DNA of 64,000 nucleotides from an uncultured virus (IMG/VR IMGVR_UViG_3300032050_000078) (Duplodnaviria > Heunggongvirae > Uroviricota > Caudoviricetes), in IMG/VR virus record IMGVR_UViG_3300032050_000078, positions 1-64,000 of that record; one strand, 5' to 3'. This document shows, one piece after another, positions 26,038 to 35,280 of this stretch. Both the position numbers and the translations under genes were made by a program. The notes under the pieces were generated by a model. That model had not been told where the DNA came from. It saw only the letters and a list, made by a program, of their open reading frames with translations, and ran no database searches. The first letter of the stretch is position 1. The number at the start of each line of letters is the position of its first letter.

Positions 26038-28413
26038 TTATTGATATACCTTTGAAATATTATCTTCTTTTCTAATCTTAACGATGGTGTCCGCCCACTG
26101 ATTAACCATTGGGTTGTGTGTAATGACAAATATTTTCTCAAAATATTCTTTAATTTTAATAAAGAATTCTGAAACCATTTCCAAATTGTCGTTAGATATT
26201 TTTCCGAACACCTCATCAAAGACAATTATATTTGGTTTTGGTAACGAACAAATCTTACTTAATACTGATCTCAATGCCAATGATGCAATTGTTTTTTCAT
26301 AACCTGAACCTGATGTCATTAATTTCTCAACACCAGTACCGTTGTCAATCATCATAAACTCAACTTCATTCTTATCGTTAATTCTAACTTCAAGTTTGAA
26401 GTATGAACTATCCTCCATTAGTCTTTGAAGTTCTGAGTTTATTATCGGCATCATAGTTTTCATTATGATTTTAGATATCCCATTTTTACCGAACGCCTCC
26501 AAATATATTTTATATAATTTTTCTTTTTCAGATTCCTCCTGAATTTTGATTATTGTATTTAAATTATTTTTAATCTTATCTTCCAACGAGGTGATTTGGT
26601 AAGTATTATTATTGATTAGTGTTTGTTTTTGAGTCTTTTCTCTTTCAAGTTCCTCAATTCTAATACCTGCTTTTAACAACATACCCTCAATCTTCTCATT
26701 TTCCTTAATTTTTTCAATCAATTCGTTATACCTTCCTAATTTTTGTTTTAAATTTTCAATTTTAAGATTATAACTCTCAATACTCAAATCATATTTTTCT
26801 TTAATAAGTTTGTTTTTCTCATACTCATCAAACTCTTTTTTAAGTTGTACAAATGCCTGTTCTTTGCCTGATAAAACCGTCATTAACCCCTCTTTTTCCT
26901 CTTTTTGCCTATTATAACCATCAAGTTCGGCAATTTTAGATTGGGTGATTGATGCCATCATTAAATCAATACCACAGTGTTCGCATTTAATTCCACCATC
27001 AACGGAACTCTTTAATTCCTCAATTGATTTAATCTTACTCTCAACTTGGATTTTTTCCTTGAATACTTCGTTATATTCTTCTTTAACCTTATCGTGTTGA
27101 TCCTCATAATAAAAAGAAGATGGTTCAACTACCTGTAATTCATTTGACTTCTTAATGATGTCACCTTTTTGATACTCAAATGAGTTAATCTCATCTTGTA
27201 CCTTATCAGGGTTTGTTTGAGCAATATCATTATCTATATCAGTATGTTTCTTTTTTAACATATCGTCACGATAATCCTTACCCTTTGTTAAGTTTACTTC
27301 AACTTGATTAAGTTCGTCTTTCAATGTATCAATACTAGTTTTAAAATTTTCAATATCAGTTTCATATTGTTCATTATCACTTTTTAATTGCTCAGTATTA
27401 TAAACATTAGATAACATTGATTTAGAAAAATCAGAATAAATTTGTTTTGCAGATTCTTCTTTTTTCTTTAAAAACTCCAACCCCATAAACCTTGAGAGTA
27501 CCTGTCCTCTTGCCGTTGGTTTTGATTCCAAAAGGTCCTCAAGATTTGTTGCGGTGGTTAAAATTGTCATTAAGAAATCATCTTTAGAACCGATTGATGT
27601 TTTAATGAATTGTTCGGTTTCTCGTCTTTGTTCACCAGTAAAGTTTTGTAAACTACCGTCGGAAAGTTTTTTGAAGAAGTCTAATTCGGTTTTAACATTC
27701 CATTCACCTTTCTTAGACATTTTTCTTTCGATGTTTCTAACAATAATATATTCTTCACCATCAATAATAATTTCACCCTTTACAACTACCGAGTTTTTAT
27801 CGGTAAATCGATTAAAGATTTCTTCCGCCTTTGATGTTTTTGTTGTCTCATTAAAGAATAGGAACATTAATAAATCCACCGATAATACTGTCTTACCACC
27901 AAAGTTAGGTGGATTAGATTCAACTACTGTAATACCATTACATTTATCAAAATCAATACGCTGATTATCACCATATGATAAGAAATTAGAGAATTCAATA
28001 TTTTTGATATACCATTTCTTAAATGATGAGGTTTCATCTTCTGATTCAGACATTTTATTCTCAACCATTCTATTGATTGACATAACCTCATCAATACGAT
28101 TTTCATACCCCTTAGACTTAAGAAATTGTTTCAACAAATCAGTTTGATAATTTGTGTCCATAATGTTTACAGACACATCAACACTTTGCATAGTATCTTC
28201 CTGAATGTTTTTAACTTTTGTGATAACATTCACATTAGTGGAACCGTACTTCTTTTGGAAGTAATGTTTAACACTCTTAATCTTATCTTGTGTGAAATTC
28301 TCTGAAATGTCTTCCCATACTACTTGAATAGGTGGGTTTTCAAATTTAGAAAACTCTAAATCTTTTATCATAATTTTATAATTAAATGTTTTTGGTGGAT
28401 TAAACAGATCCAT
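26038..28413 (-). CDS. sbcC: SbcC/Rad50/gp46-like SMC ATPase with an extra ~130 aa N-terminal domain
   Basis: NFLSYG, Walker A variant NFGGKT, Zn hook CEHC, SGSGYE signature, Walker B VFDEVFG and ITHN. Confidence 0.9.
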   Translation of the reverse strand: MDLFNPPKTFNYKIMIKDLEFSKFENPPIQVVWEDISENFTQDKIKSVKHYFQKKYGSTNVNVITKVKNIQEDTMQSVDVSVNIMDTNYQTDLLKQFLKSKGYENRIDEVMSINRMVENKMSESEDETSSFKKWYIKNIEFSNFLSYGDNQRIDFDKCNGITVVESNPPNFGGKTVLSVDLLMFLFFNETTKTSKAEEIFNRFTDKNSVVVKGEIIIDGEEYIIVRNIERKMSKKGEWNVKTELDFFKKLSDGSLQNFTGEQRRETEQFIKTSIGSKDDFLMTILTTATNLEDLLESKPTARGQVLSRFMGLEFLKKKEESAKQIYSDFSKSMLSNVYNTEQLKSDNEQYETDIENFKTSIDTLKDELNQVEVNLTKGKDYRDDMLKKKHTDIDNDIAQTNPDKVQDEINSFEYQKGDIIKKSNELQVVEPSSFYYEDQHDKVKEEYNEVFKEKIQVESKIKSIEELKSSVDGGIKCEHCGIDLMMASITQSKIAELDGYNRQKEEKEGLMTVLSGKEQAFVQLKKEFDEYEKNKLIKEKYDLSIESYNLKIENLKQKLGRYNELIEKIKENEKIEGMLLKAGIRIEELEREKTQKQTLINNNTYQITSLEDKIKNNLNTIIKIQEESEKEKLYKIYLEAFGKNGISKIIMKTMMPIINSELQRLMEDSSYFKLEVRINDKNEVEFMMIDNGTGVEKLMTSGSGYEKTIASLALRSVLSKICSLPKPNIIVFDEVFGKISNDNLEMVSEFFIKIKEYFEKIFVITHNPMVNQWADTIVKIRKEDNISKVYQ

Positions 28414-28416
28414 TTA

Positions 28417-28695
28417 TTATTGTTCTTCGTCTTCAAATGTGGTAGTTTCTTTAATAAGGGTTCCTTCACCAACAGTTTCAATGTCTATGGTGTTTTCTAC
28501 CTCATTAGGATCAACCACACTAAACTGAACAGGTTGATCACCCACTTGAACATTCAACTCCTCGTTTTCTTGGAATTTTTCCATTTGTTCTTGAAGAAGT
28601 TTATTAAATGCTCTTTGCATTTTACCTTTCTCTTCGGCAATTCTCTGATTTCTTTTTACCACTTTCGCTCTGTGTTCTTTCTTTGCTTTTCCCAT
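28417..28695 (-). CDS. Hypothetical protein, basic N-terminus and acidic C-terminus
   Basis: ORF in operon. Confidence 0.65.
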   Translation of the reverse strand: MGKAKKEHRAKVVKRNQRIAEEKGKMQRAFNKLLQEQMEKFQENEELNVQVGDQPVQFSVVDPNEVENTIDIETVGEGTLIKETTTFEDEEQ

Positions 28696-28705
28696 TTTTA
28701 CTTAT

Positions 28706-29059
28706 TTATAAAACATTATTATTAGGTCGATTTTCTTCAAACCATTCTACTATACCATTAAACGCCCATACAAATCCTGATGCTAACATACCATCAAAAA
28801 ATATAGATGCGTACTGATTTAATCCTATAATTTCATGCCAAGGTGAATACGCAACCAATGACATAAAAAATCCTACCCAAGTTGATGTACACATCATGCA
28901 GGACACTAAATCAGATATGAACTTAAAGAAGTCACTTATTACTGGTATTCCACTATTACCTGTGTTTTTAAACCAATCTCTTATTCCTTGAAATATTGAT
29001 CCGTAAACCAATATATTTGACATTCCATATGCCGCTAATAACCAAATTAATATCATCAT
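28706..29059 (-). CDS. DUF1360-like membrane protein
   Basis: Hydrophobic segments plus LVSCMMCTSTWVG. Confidence 0.65.
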   Translation of the reverse strand: MMILIWLLAAYGMSNILVYGSIFQGIRDWFKNTGNSGIPVISDFFKFISDLVSCMMCTSTWVGFFMSLVAYSPWHEIIGLNQYASIFFDGMLASGFVWAFNGIVEWFEENRPNNNVL

Positions 29060-29823
29060 AATCTTCGTGTTAAGTTTGAACCTTTGAGGTATACAGCACC
29101 TTGGCTTACCTTCATAGATTCTAATTGTTTATTTATTTCTTCTAATTCTTCAATTTTTTTGTCTTTTAATGATAGTTCTTTTCTAAGTTTCTGTAAAGTT
29201 TCTCCCATCATTTTTAACTTTTCATTATTTTCAACTTCTTTAATTACCTCTACCTCCTTGATAATTTCAACAGGAGGTTTGTCTAAAAGTTCGTCTAAAT
29301 TATGTCTAAGTTCGTCTAATTCTTCATCCTTTTTAGACATTTCATTTTGGAAAAAATTTTCCATTTCTTCGGTTTTAGTGGAAAATTTTTGTCTTTCTTT
29401 TTCTAATTCCTCATTTAAGTGGAAAATTTTTTCCGTTAATTCGTTCTCACTAGACTTGTCACTAATATATTCTATTTTTGTGACAACTTTTTCAACAGGG
29501 ACTTCCTTAATAATTTCAATGGGTACTTCTCTAACCACCTCAACTATTTTCTCCACCTCTTTGATAACCTCAATAGGAACTTCCACCCGTTTTTCAACAA
29601 TCACTTCTTTTATTAATTGTTTTTCCTCAACAACATCCGTTTTTAAGTCTTTTTCACCTTCATTAAGTGTTTCTCCCAAAAGTCCGTATTTTTCAATATT
29701 AAATCCATCAGTAAAACATTTTTTGATGAATTTATCTATATCGTCAATTTTGTTTAATTCACAAAATGCAGACACTGTCTGCATTGTTTTTTTATTAAAG
29801 ATTTTTGAGTAATTCGGTTCCAT
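29056..29823 (-). CDS. Coiled-coil protein with V/E/K/P-rich (EKxVEVP) repeats
   Basis: VEKRVEVPIEVIKEVEKIVEVVREVPIEIIKEVPVEKVV. ATG 29823 preferred. Confidence 0.7.
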   Translation of the reverse strand: MEPNYSKIFNKKTMQTVSAFCELNKIDDIDKFIKKCFTDGFNIEKYGLLGETLNEGEKDLKTDVVEEKQLIKEVIVEKRVEVPIEVIKEVEKIVEVVREVPIEIIKEVPVEKVVTKIEYISDKSSENELTEKIFHLNEELEKERQKFSTKTEEMENFFQNEMSKKDEELDELRHNLDELLDKPPVEIIKEVEVIKEVENNEKLKMMGETLQKLRKELSLKDKKIEELEEINKQLESMKVSQGAVYLKGSNLTRRL

Positions 29824-30574
29824 TTTCAATATCCTCAAATGATTTAATTTCAAACTTTAAAAATGGCTTGGGGTTGAATAAGTCCGTATAGTTATATTCT
29901 TTTGTTTCTAAATTATAAACTCCATATCCATGTCTACCAATACTTTCACCAATATTTTGTTGTATTGGGCTACCTATCATATAACCTTTACCCGTTTTAA
30001 AGTTAAATTCTTGTCTTTTATGGATATCACCACATAATACAACATCAAGTCCATTGAACTTTTCAACATCATACGCCTCCTCTCCAAAGTCAAATCCCAA
30101 ATCGGTTTTCATTCCTTGAATTGGTCCGTGAAACAATCCCACTTTTATTCCTGTTGCAACATTCAAATCAGGAGGAATATTCCCTTGATATTGCGAGTAC
30201 ACACACCAACTAATATTCTCATCTTCATACACACCTCTATCTCTATAATAGAAAATGTTTTTATTATTTAACGAATTAATGATTGGTGTAAGTGCGTCTA
30301 ATCTTTCAACATTGTTTACAAGGAAATCGTGATTACCAGGTATAATGATTGTTGGTGCAATAAATGAACATTCCAAAAGCAACCACCGAACCATTTCAAT
30401 AAGTTCGGGAGTCATTTGATTTTTAGAGTGAACCAAATCACCAGTGAATACAATTCTATCAGGATTGATTTCTCTCCATTGGTTAATCGCATCTTCCATT
30501 ATTGACTTATACAAATCATGATCTTTATAAAGACGAATGTGTAAATCAGAAAAGTGTATTATTTTTTTTATCAT
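29795..30574 (-). CDS. sbcD: SbcD/Mre11/gp47-like metallophosphoesterase nuclease
   Basis: HFSDLH, GDLVH, PGNHD, LFHG and GDIH motifs. ATG 30574 overlaps the upstream TGA. Confidence 0.9.
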   Translation of the reverse strand: MIKKIIHFSDLHIRLYKDHDLYKSIMEDAINQWREINPDRIVFTGDLVHSKNQMTPELIEMVRWLLLECSFIAPTIIIPGNHDFLVNNVERLDALTPIINSLNNKNIFYYRDRGVYEDENISWCVYSQYQGNIPPDLNVATGIKVGLFHGPIQGMKTDLGFDFGEEAYDVEKFNGLDVVLCGDIHKRQEFNFKTGKGYMIGSPIQQNIGESIGRHGYGVYNLETKEYNYTDLFNPKPFLKFEIKSFEDIENGTELLKNL

Positions 30575-30801
30575 TCTGTGTCTTTTGTACCGCAATAAAT
30601 TTCATACGGTGGGTTATACGGATTCGGTTTTATTGGTAATGGATTAATATCTCTATATCTTTTGAAGTCATCAATCCACTTTTGTTCATCACTAATAACT
30701 TCACCCATTTTTTCAACAATAGGTGTAATATCTATATGTTTATTTTCAAGTTTACCAGCAAGATAACCTTCTAACCAAATATAAAATTCTCTATGTGTCA
30801 T
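30571..30801 (-). CDS. Small hypothetical protein (MTHREFYIWLEGY...)
   Basis: ORF track 30571..30825; ATG 30801 preferred. Confidence 0.65.
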   Translation of the reverse strand: MTHREFYIWLEGYLAGKLENKHIDITPIVEKMGEVISDEQKWIDDFKRYRDINPLPIKPNPYNPPYEIYCGTKDTE

Positions 30802-30802
30802 T

Positions 30803-31018
30803 TTAATCAAACAATTTAAAATCAATATTCACATGACCACAATCATTACACATATATGTTGGGAATGGTACTAATGTATCTTCCGAACTTCCTGTCATTA
30901 ATTTAGGCACTTTTTTAATTAAAACAACCTCCTTAAAGAATTTACATTTACATTTTTCACACTCAACGGTTTCTTGTTGTTTTAAATCAATTTTAGGTCT
31001 AATAATATTATCTTCCAT
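30803..31018 (-). CDS. Small Zn-ribbon protein
   Basis: CEKC...CNDCGH. Confidence 0.7.
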   Translation of the reverse strand: MEDNIIRPKIDLKQQETVECEKCKCKFFKEVVLIKKVPKLMTGSSEDTLVPFPTYMCNDCGHVNIDFKLFD

Positions 31019-31022
31019 AGTT

Positions 31023-31274
31023 TTAATCTTCTAAATATAATGTGAATGTTTCATCACCCATTTTATCTTTAATAATTTCTTGTCCAAACTGAATTTCATC
31101 AACTAAACTTCCTTCTGAACCATCTTTAATTTCAAATTCATACATATTTTCATTCAAATAATCAATGATTTCTTCATTTGTCATTCCTTCCAATTCAGGA
31201 TAATCTTCTGGGTTAATTTCAATTGGTTCATATGATTCCCACATTTCATATGATCTTGTCATTCTAATTTTCAT
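31023..31274 (-). CDS. Small acidic hypothetical protein
   Basis: ORF track. Confidence 0.65.
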   Translation of the reverse strand: MKIRMTRSYEMWESYEPIEINPEDYPELEGMTNEEIIDYLNENMYEFEIKDGSEGSLVDEIQFGQEIIKDKMGDETFTLYLED

Positions 31275-31363
31275 TTTATAATATAATTAATTTTTATTTT
31301 ATATGGTAACTCGTGATCCCACGATGTTGTATATACCCATATTAATTCCACTGAATTTTCCAT
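31271..31363 (-). CDS. Micro-ORF, 30 aa (MENSVELIWVYTTSWDHELPYKIKINYIIK)
   Basis: Manual translation. TGA overlaps the next ATG (ATGA) and the ORF fills the intergenic gap. Confidence 0.45.
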   Translation of the reverse strand: MENSVELIWVYTTSWDHELPYKIKINYIIK

Positions 31364-31385
31364 ATTTAATTATAATTAAATTAAT

Positions 31386-32243
31386 TTATTTTTTCAAGTA
31401 TTTTGACATATCCATATTCAAAATAGTATTGATAACTTCTTTAGGTACTCTAAATTCTTCAAACTTACCTTCATCACTCAAATGAACAATAATACCACCA
31501 TATAATTTGGTATTTTCATACTTAGAACCTTTTAACATTTTCAATATTAACTTTGAATAGAACGGTAACTGTGTAAAGTAGTGCCCTAAGGCGTTATCAC
31601 TCAAACTTTGAAATGGTGGTTTCATTTTTTTGGTAAAGATGTTATCCTCAAAATTTTTCTTTTTGTTTGTCTTCCAATCGGTAATAATTAAACCAAATTC
31701 AGTACCTTCTCTATTCATTATTAACCAAAATTTATCTGGTTGTCCAACATATCCAATCTCATTACACCCTAATACTATTTCAGTATCCAATAATACAGCT
31801 CCCCTTTCTTTCATCAATTCCAAAAAATCAGTACCCGCATGAATCATAGAATCTCCCTTTAATATTTGTGTGAAATCACAATCAAATATTGGTTGTCTAA
31901 CCTCCTTTTCAATTCCAAACATTTCTAAGGATTTTTGTTCAAGAAAGAAGTGGACTCTAGAACCCATATTTGTAGAATAGGTTCCCGCATCTGACCATTC
32001 TTTCAATAAACGAGCCTTTTCTTCAGGGTCACCTTTAGCCTTCTTTTCAGCAATTCCATCCGAGTCAAATTCGGTATAAAATAACTTCATCACTTTTGAT
32101 ACTGACGGCCAATCACTTCTCAAGTTACCCGATGAATCAATCATTGTGTATGTGTGACTATCTTCCTCAAAAGTTAATTGTAGTTCCTTTTGTTTGTTTT
32201 CAATAATCTCTCTTATCTCCTTTGCAATTTCTTTTAAATCCAT
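31386..32243 (-). CDS. RecB/Cas4-like PD-(D/E)XK exonuclease
   Basis: PSVS, GSRVH, GQPD, ITDWKT and HYFTQLPFY motifs. Confidence 0.85.
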   Translation of the reverse strand: MDLKEIAKEIREIIENKQKELQLTFEEDSHTYTMIDSSGNLRSDWPSVSKVMKLFYTEFDSDGIAEKKAKGDPEEKARLLKEWSDAGTYSTNMGSRVHFFLEQKSLEMFGIEKEVRQPIFDCDFTQILKGDSMIHAGTDFLELMKERGAVLLDTEIVLGCNEIGYVGQPDKFWLIMNREGTEFGLIITDWKTNKKKNFEDNIFTKKMKPPFQSLSDNALGHYFTQLPFYSKLILKMLKGSKYENTKLYGGIIVHLSDEGKFEEFRVPKEVINTILNMDMSKYLKK

Positions 32244-33142
32244 TAATCTCGTATTTCAATATAATAATCATTTATTTCTCCCTTCAAATCACAAACATCC
32301 TTATCATCAGGTAATTTGATAATTTTTATTCTACCCCATAGAACTCCACCATTTAATTCGTGATAAAGTTTAACTGCGTTAACCCACGCATCAGCATCCA
32401 AACAAATAATAATATCACCTTTAGCTTTATTATATATTGATTCAAACAATAATTCTGACATATGTTTTCCGAGCATTGGTATTGAGTTTTCTAAGAAAAT
32501 CCCGTCAAAAGCACCTTCAACAAGGTATATATCTTTGTTCCAATCAATTAAATTTTCCCAAAAAATAATTTTTTCTTTCTCGGCTTCGGGATTTCGGTAT
32601 TTAGCTTTAGTATACGGATCCCAACTTCTACCTATGTAATAGTTAAGTTCTCCTTTTGCACTATAAGATGGAATAATTATCCTACCAGAATGACTACCAT
32701 TATCACAGAACCCAATTTGGTATTTTTCAATCATATAATCGGAAATTCCCCGATTATATAGGTAATTTATTGCTTGTTGTCTAATTGGATATCTTGGATT
32801 AACATCCTTAAATAACTTATACTCTTTTGGTAGTTGGACTTTAGGTTTTTTCTTTTCTTTCACCTGAACAGTTTCAGGTTTAAGGATGTTATATAATTTT
32901 TTATGTTTTTTATTCCCGTATTTATCAAAAAGTTTACCCAAAGATCCGTGCGTACCCTCACTTTCAGAACAAGACCAACATTTATAAACATTTGTAAAAT
33001 AATTTACCTCAAGGTTGGATTTGTTTCTATCGTCGTCACATACGGGGCAATTGAAGGATATTTGTCCTCTATTTGGGTAGTGTAATCCGTGATCCCCCAA
33101 AACATCCTCCAATAATTCAACCAAAGATTCATTTTCATCCAT
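32243..33142 (-). CDS. dnaG: DNA primase (Zn finger plus TOPRIM)
   Basis: CPVC...YKCWSC, GRIIIP, KYRNP, LVEGAFD, CLDAD and KDVCD motifs. Confidence 0.9.
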   Translation of the reverse strand: MDENESLVELLEDVLGDHGLHYPNRGQISFNCPVCDDDRNKSNLEVNYFTNVYKCWSCSESEGTHGSLGKLFDKYGNKKHKKLYNILKPETVQVKEKKKPKVQLPKEYKLFKDVNPRYPIRQQAINYLYNRGISDYMIEKYQIGFCDNGSHSGRIIIPSYSAKGELNYYIGRSWDPYTKAKYRNPEAEKEKIIFWENLIDWNKDIYLVEGAFDGIFLENSIPMLGKHMSELLFESIYNKAKGDIIICLDADAWVNAVKLYHELNGGVLWGRIKIIKLPDDKDVCDLKGEINDYYIEIRD

Positions 33143-33229
33143 AAATTATAATATAAACATAAATTATGGAATAATCAAACTTCACAAGTTTTTACATTCC
33201 TTTATATTTATCTAAGATAACAATAGTAA

Positions 33230-33451
33230 ATGCCAACAGATATAACAATAAATAATATTTCAGGTTCAACACCATTTGATGTTTATGTATGTGATACAGG
33301 ATACACAAGTTGTATTTATGTATCAACAATCGTAAGTGGTGACTTACCATATACCTTTGAGATTCCACCAGTGTACTCATCTTTAACTGATTTTATAGTT
33401 AAAATTGTGGATGATAATAATTGTGTTGTAACTGACACCGTAACCGTTTAA
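33230..33451 (+). CDS. Small beta-rich virion-like protein; paralog of 45259..45561
   Basis: ITINNISGSTPFDVYVCD vs LVISNVTGLTIPYQIYVCD. TATTTAT at 33205-33211. Confidence 0.7.
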   Translation: MPTDITINNISGSTPFDVYVCDTGYTSCIYVSTIVSGDLPYTFEIPPVYSSLTDFIVKIVDDNNCVVTDTVTV

Positions 33452-33453
33452 GT

Positions 33454-34566
33454 ATGTCTTGTTTTGGTCAATATTGTGTAAGTGGTACTTCATCATCTTT
33501 TGATGGTACATATTTTTCCGCAGGTACTTACGATGCGGGTTATGATTATTTCACAGGAGATACATATACTATTTATTATTCAACAGGACAAACTCAATGG
33601 TGTTTAGCATTAACTTTAGGGGATCCAAATTGTTTATTATTTGGTAAATCACCTTGTGTAAGTTCTTGTCCTGATTTATGTGATGAACTTTTTAGTTCGG
33701 GTATTTGCCCTACACCAACTCCATCACCAAGTGCTGCTTGTTCAATAGATTTTGATGCGATTTTTGATTGTGATGTACCCACAACACAAACTCCAACTCC
33801 GACACCAACTCCGACATTAACCCCAACAATGACACCAACCTCAACAAACCCTTGTGGTGGGATCGGTATTAATGTTTCGGGTATTACATATACACCAACT
33901 CCAACACCAACTCCAACATTAACTCCAACACCTTCACCTGAAATTACCAGACCATGTAATTATACAGGTTTAGTAACATTTAACACTCTTGATGATTATA
34001 TTAAATGTCCAAATAGCAAACAATTCAAAGATTGTTTAAATGGATTTATTTATTCAACCACTGATGTTATATTAAACCCGACAGGTGGTACTCCAGTAAT
34101 TGGTATGGTATATGAGGCGGAAGTGAATGAGATAGATGTTTGTATTGAGTACATTGGTACTGCGGATAATATTAGTGGTGTTGATATTATAGTCTTGAAC
34201 ACTGAGAATGGTTTAGTTTCTGAAGGAGGATGTCTTGTTTGTATTCCACCTGTTAGTTCAACTCCAACACCTACACCAACACCTACACCTACATTAACAC
34301 CAACTCAAACTCCTGATGTTTGTTGTGAGTATAAAGTAACTAATTTACTATATACTGCAAATACTTTTAATATTAAAAACTGTAGTAATAACGAGACTCA
34401 AGTAATAAACATAAATGGTGGTTCAACAATTACTGTAAAATCATATAAGATACCTGTAGGTAATAACATTAATATAGTTTTTATTGATTGTCCTTGTGTT
34501 ACATTAACTCCGACACCAACTCCGACATTGACTCAAACACCAACACCAACTCCGAGTTCACCATAA
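33454..34566 (+). CDS. Cys-rich protein with Pro-Thr linkers; putative virion decoration or fibre
   Basis: Five (TP)n tracts separating Cys-rich modules. Confidence 0.7.
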   Translation: MSCFGQYCVSGTSSSFDGTYFSAGTYDAGYDYFTGDTYTIYYSTGQTQWCLALTLGDPNCLLFGKSPCVSSCPDLCDELFSSGICPTPTPSPSAACSIDFDAIFDCDVPTTQTPTPTPTPTLTPTMTPTSTNPCGGIGINVSGITYTPTPTPTPTLTPTPSPEITRPCNYTGLVTFNTLDDYIKCPNSKQFKDCLNGFIYSTTDVILNPTGGTPVIGMVYEAEVNEIDVCIEYIGTADNISGVDIIVLNTENGLVSEGGCLVCIPPVSSTPTPTPTPTPTLTPTQTPDVCCEYKVTNLLYTANTFNIKNCSNNETQVININGGSTITVKSYKIPVGNNINIVFIDCPCVTLTPTPTPTLTQTPTPTPSSP

Positions 34567-34596
34567 AAAAAAATATCGTCTAAAAAGACGATATTT
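34565..34596. terminator. Terminator between convergent genes
   Basis: AAATATCGTC-TAAAAA-GACGATATTT, a perfect 10-bp stem with a flanking A run. Confidence 0.75.
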
Positions 34597-34621
34597 CAAA
34601 TTATCCTTTATCTAACCGATA

Positions 34622-35230
34622 TTATTTCCAAATTTCTTTTGAGTTCATATATCCTAATACACAGGTATAAGCATCGGTTTGATCAAAATTTTCTTTCTTT
34701 AAGGTGTTATTTTTAGTGTACAACCATTGGATTTGAGGTTCTTTTTTTGCCACTAAATCCCAAATAATTTGTTTCTTATCTATGTCTTTTGGAAGTCCCC
34801 CAAATAAAACATGCTTACCTTTATCATTAGGTTGTACTAATTCAGGGAATGCAAATTTTCTTGAGTTATATGTTGATATAAATTCGGGAACTATACCTAA
34901 CGCATCATAAATTTCTTTACATATTAATGTGTTAAATCTTAAAAGAGTTTGAATTGTATAGACATTATTTGAGTTCAACAACGGTTCCTCAATAACTACA
35001 TTAACAATCCCTAAATTTTTATATTCGGATAATTTTGTTCTGAATATTTCAGATTTAAGTAACAACTCCATCATTTTATTATCTCCAAAGTCTTTTGCTT
35101 TTGGTCTTGGTGAGATGTGAGTTAATTCTAATAATTCTTGTTCTTTAATATCAAATAATGCCCACCCAATGGTTCTTGTTGAGACATCTAGTCCAAGGAC
35201 TTTTGGTGAATTTTTAATAGTTTTAGTCAT
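34622..35230 (-). CDS. ruvC: RuvC-like Holliday junction resolvase
   Basis: VLGLDVSTRTIGWA, VVIEEP, DKKQI and FDQTDAY motifs. Confidence 0.8.
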   Translation of the reverse strand: MTKTIKNSPKVLGLDVSTRTIGWALFDIKEQELLELTHISPRPKAKDFGDNKMMELLLKSEIFRTKLSEYKNLGIVNVVIEEPLLNSNNVYTIQTLLRFNTLICKEIYDALGIVPEFISTYNSRKFAFPELVQPNDKGKHVLFGGLPKDIDKKQIIWDLVAKKEPQIQWLYTKNNTLKKENFDQTDAYTCVLGYMNSKEIWK

Positions 35231-35280
35231 AAAAAATGATTTATTAATAATATAACAACTATTAATTAAAATTAAAGTTT

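Noticed and set aside
31386..32243. Cas4-like nuclease as part of a CRISPR system
   Set aside because: No repeat-spacer array or other cas genes were seen, the Fe-S Cys cluster is lacking, and it sits next to primase as in many phages.
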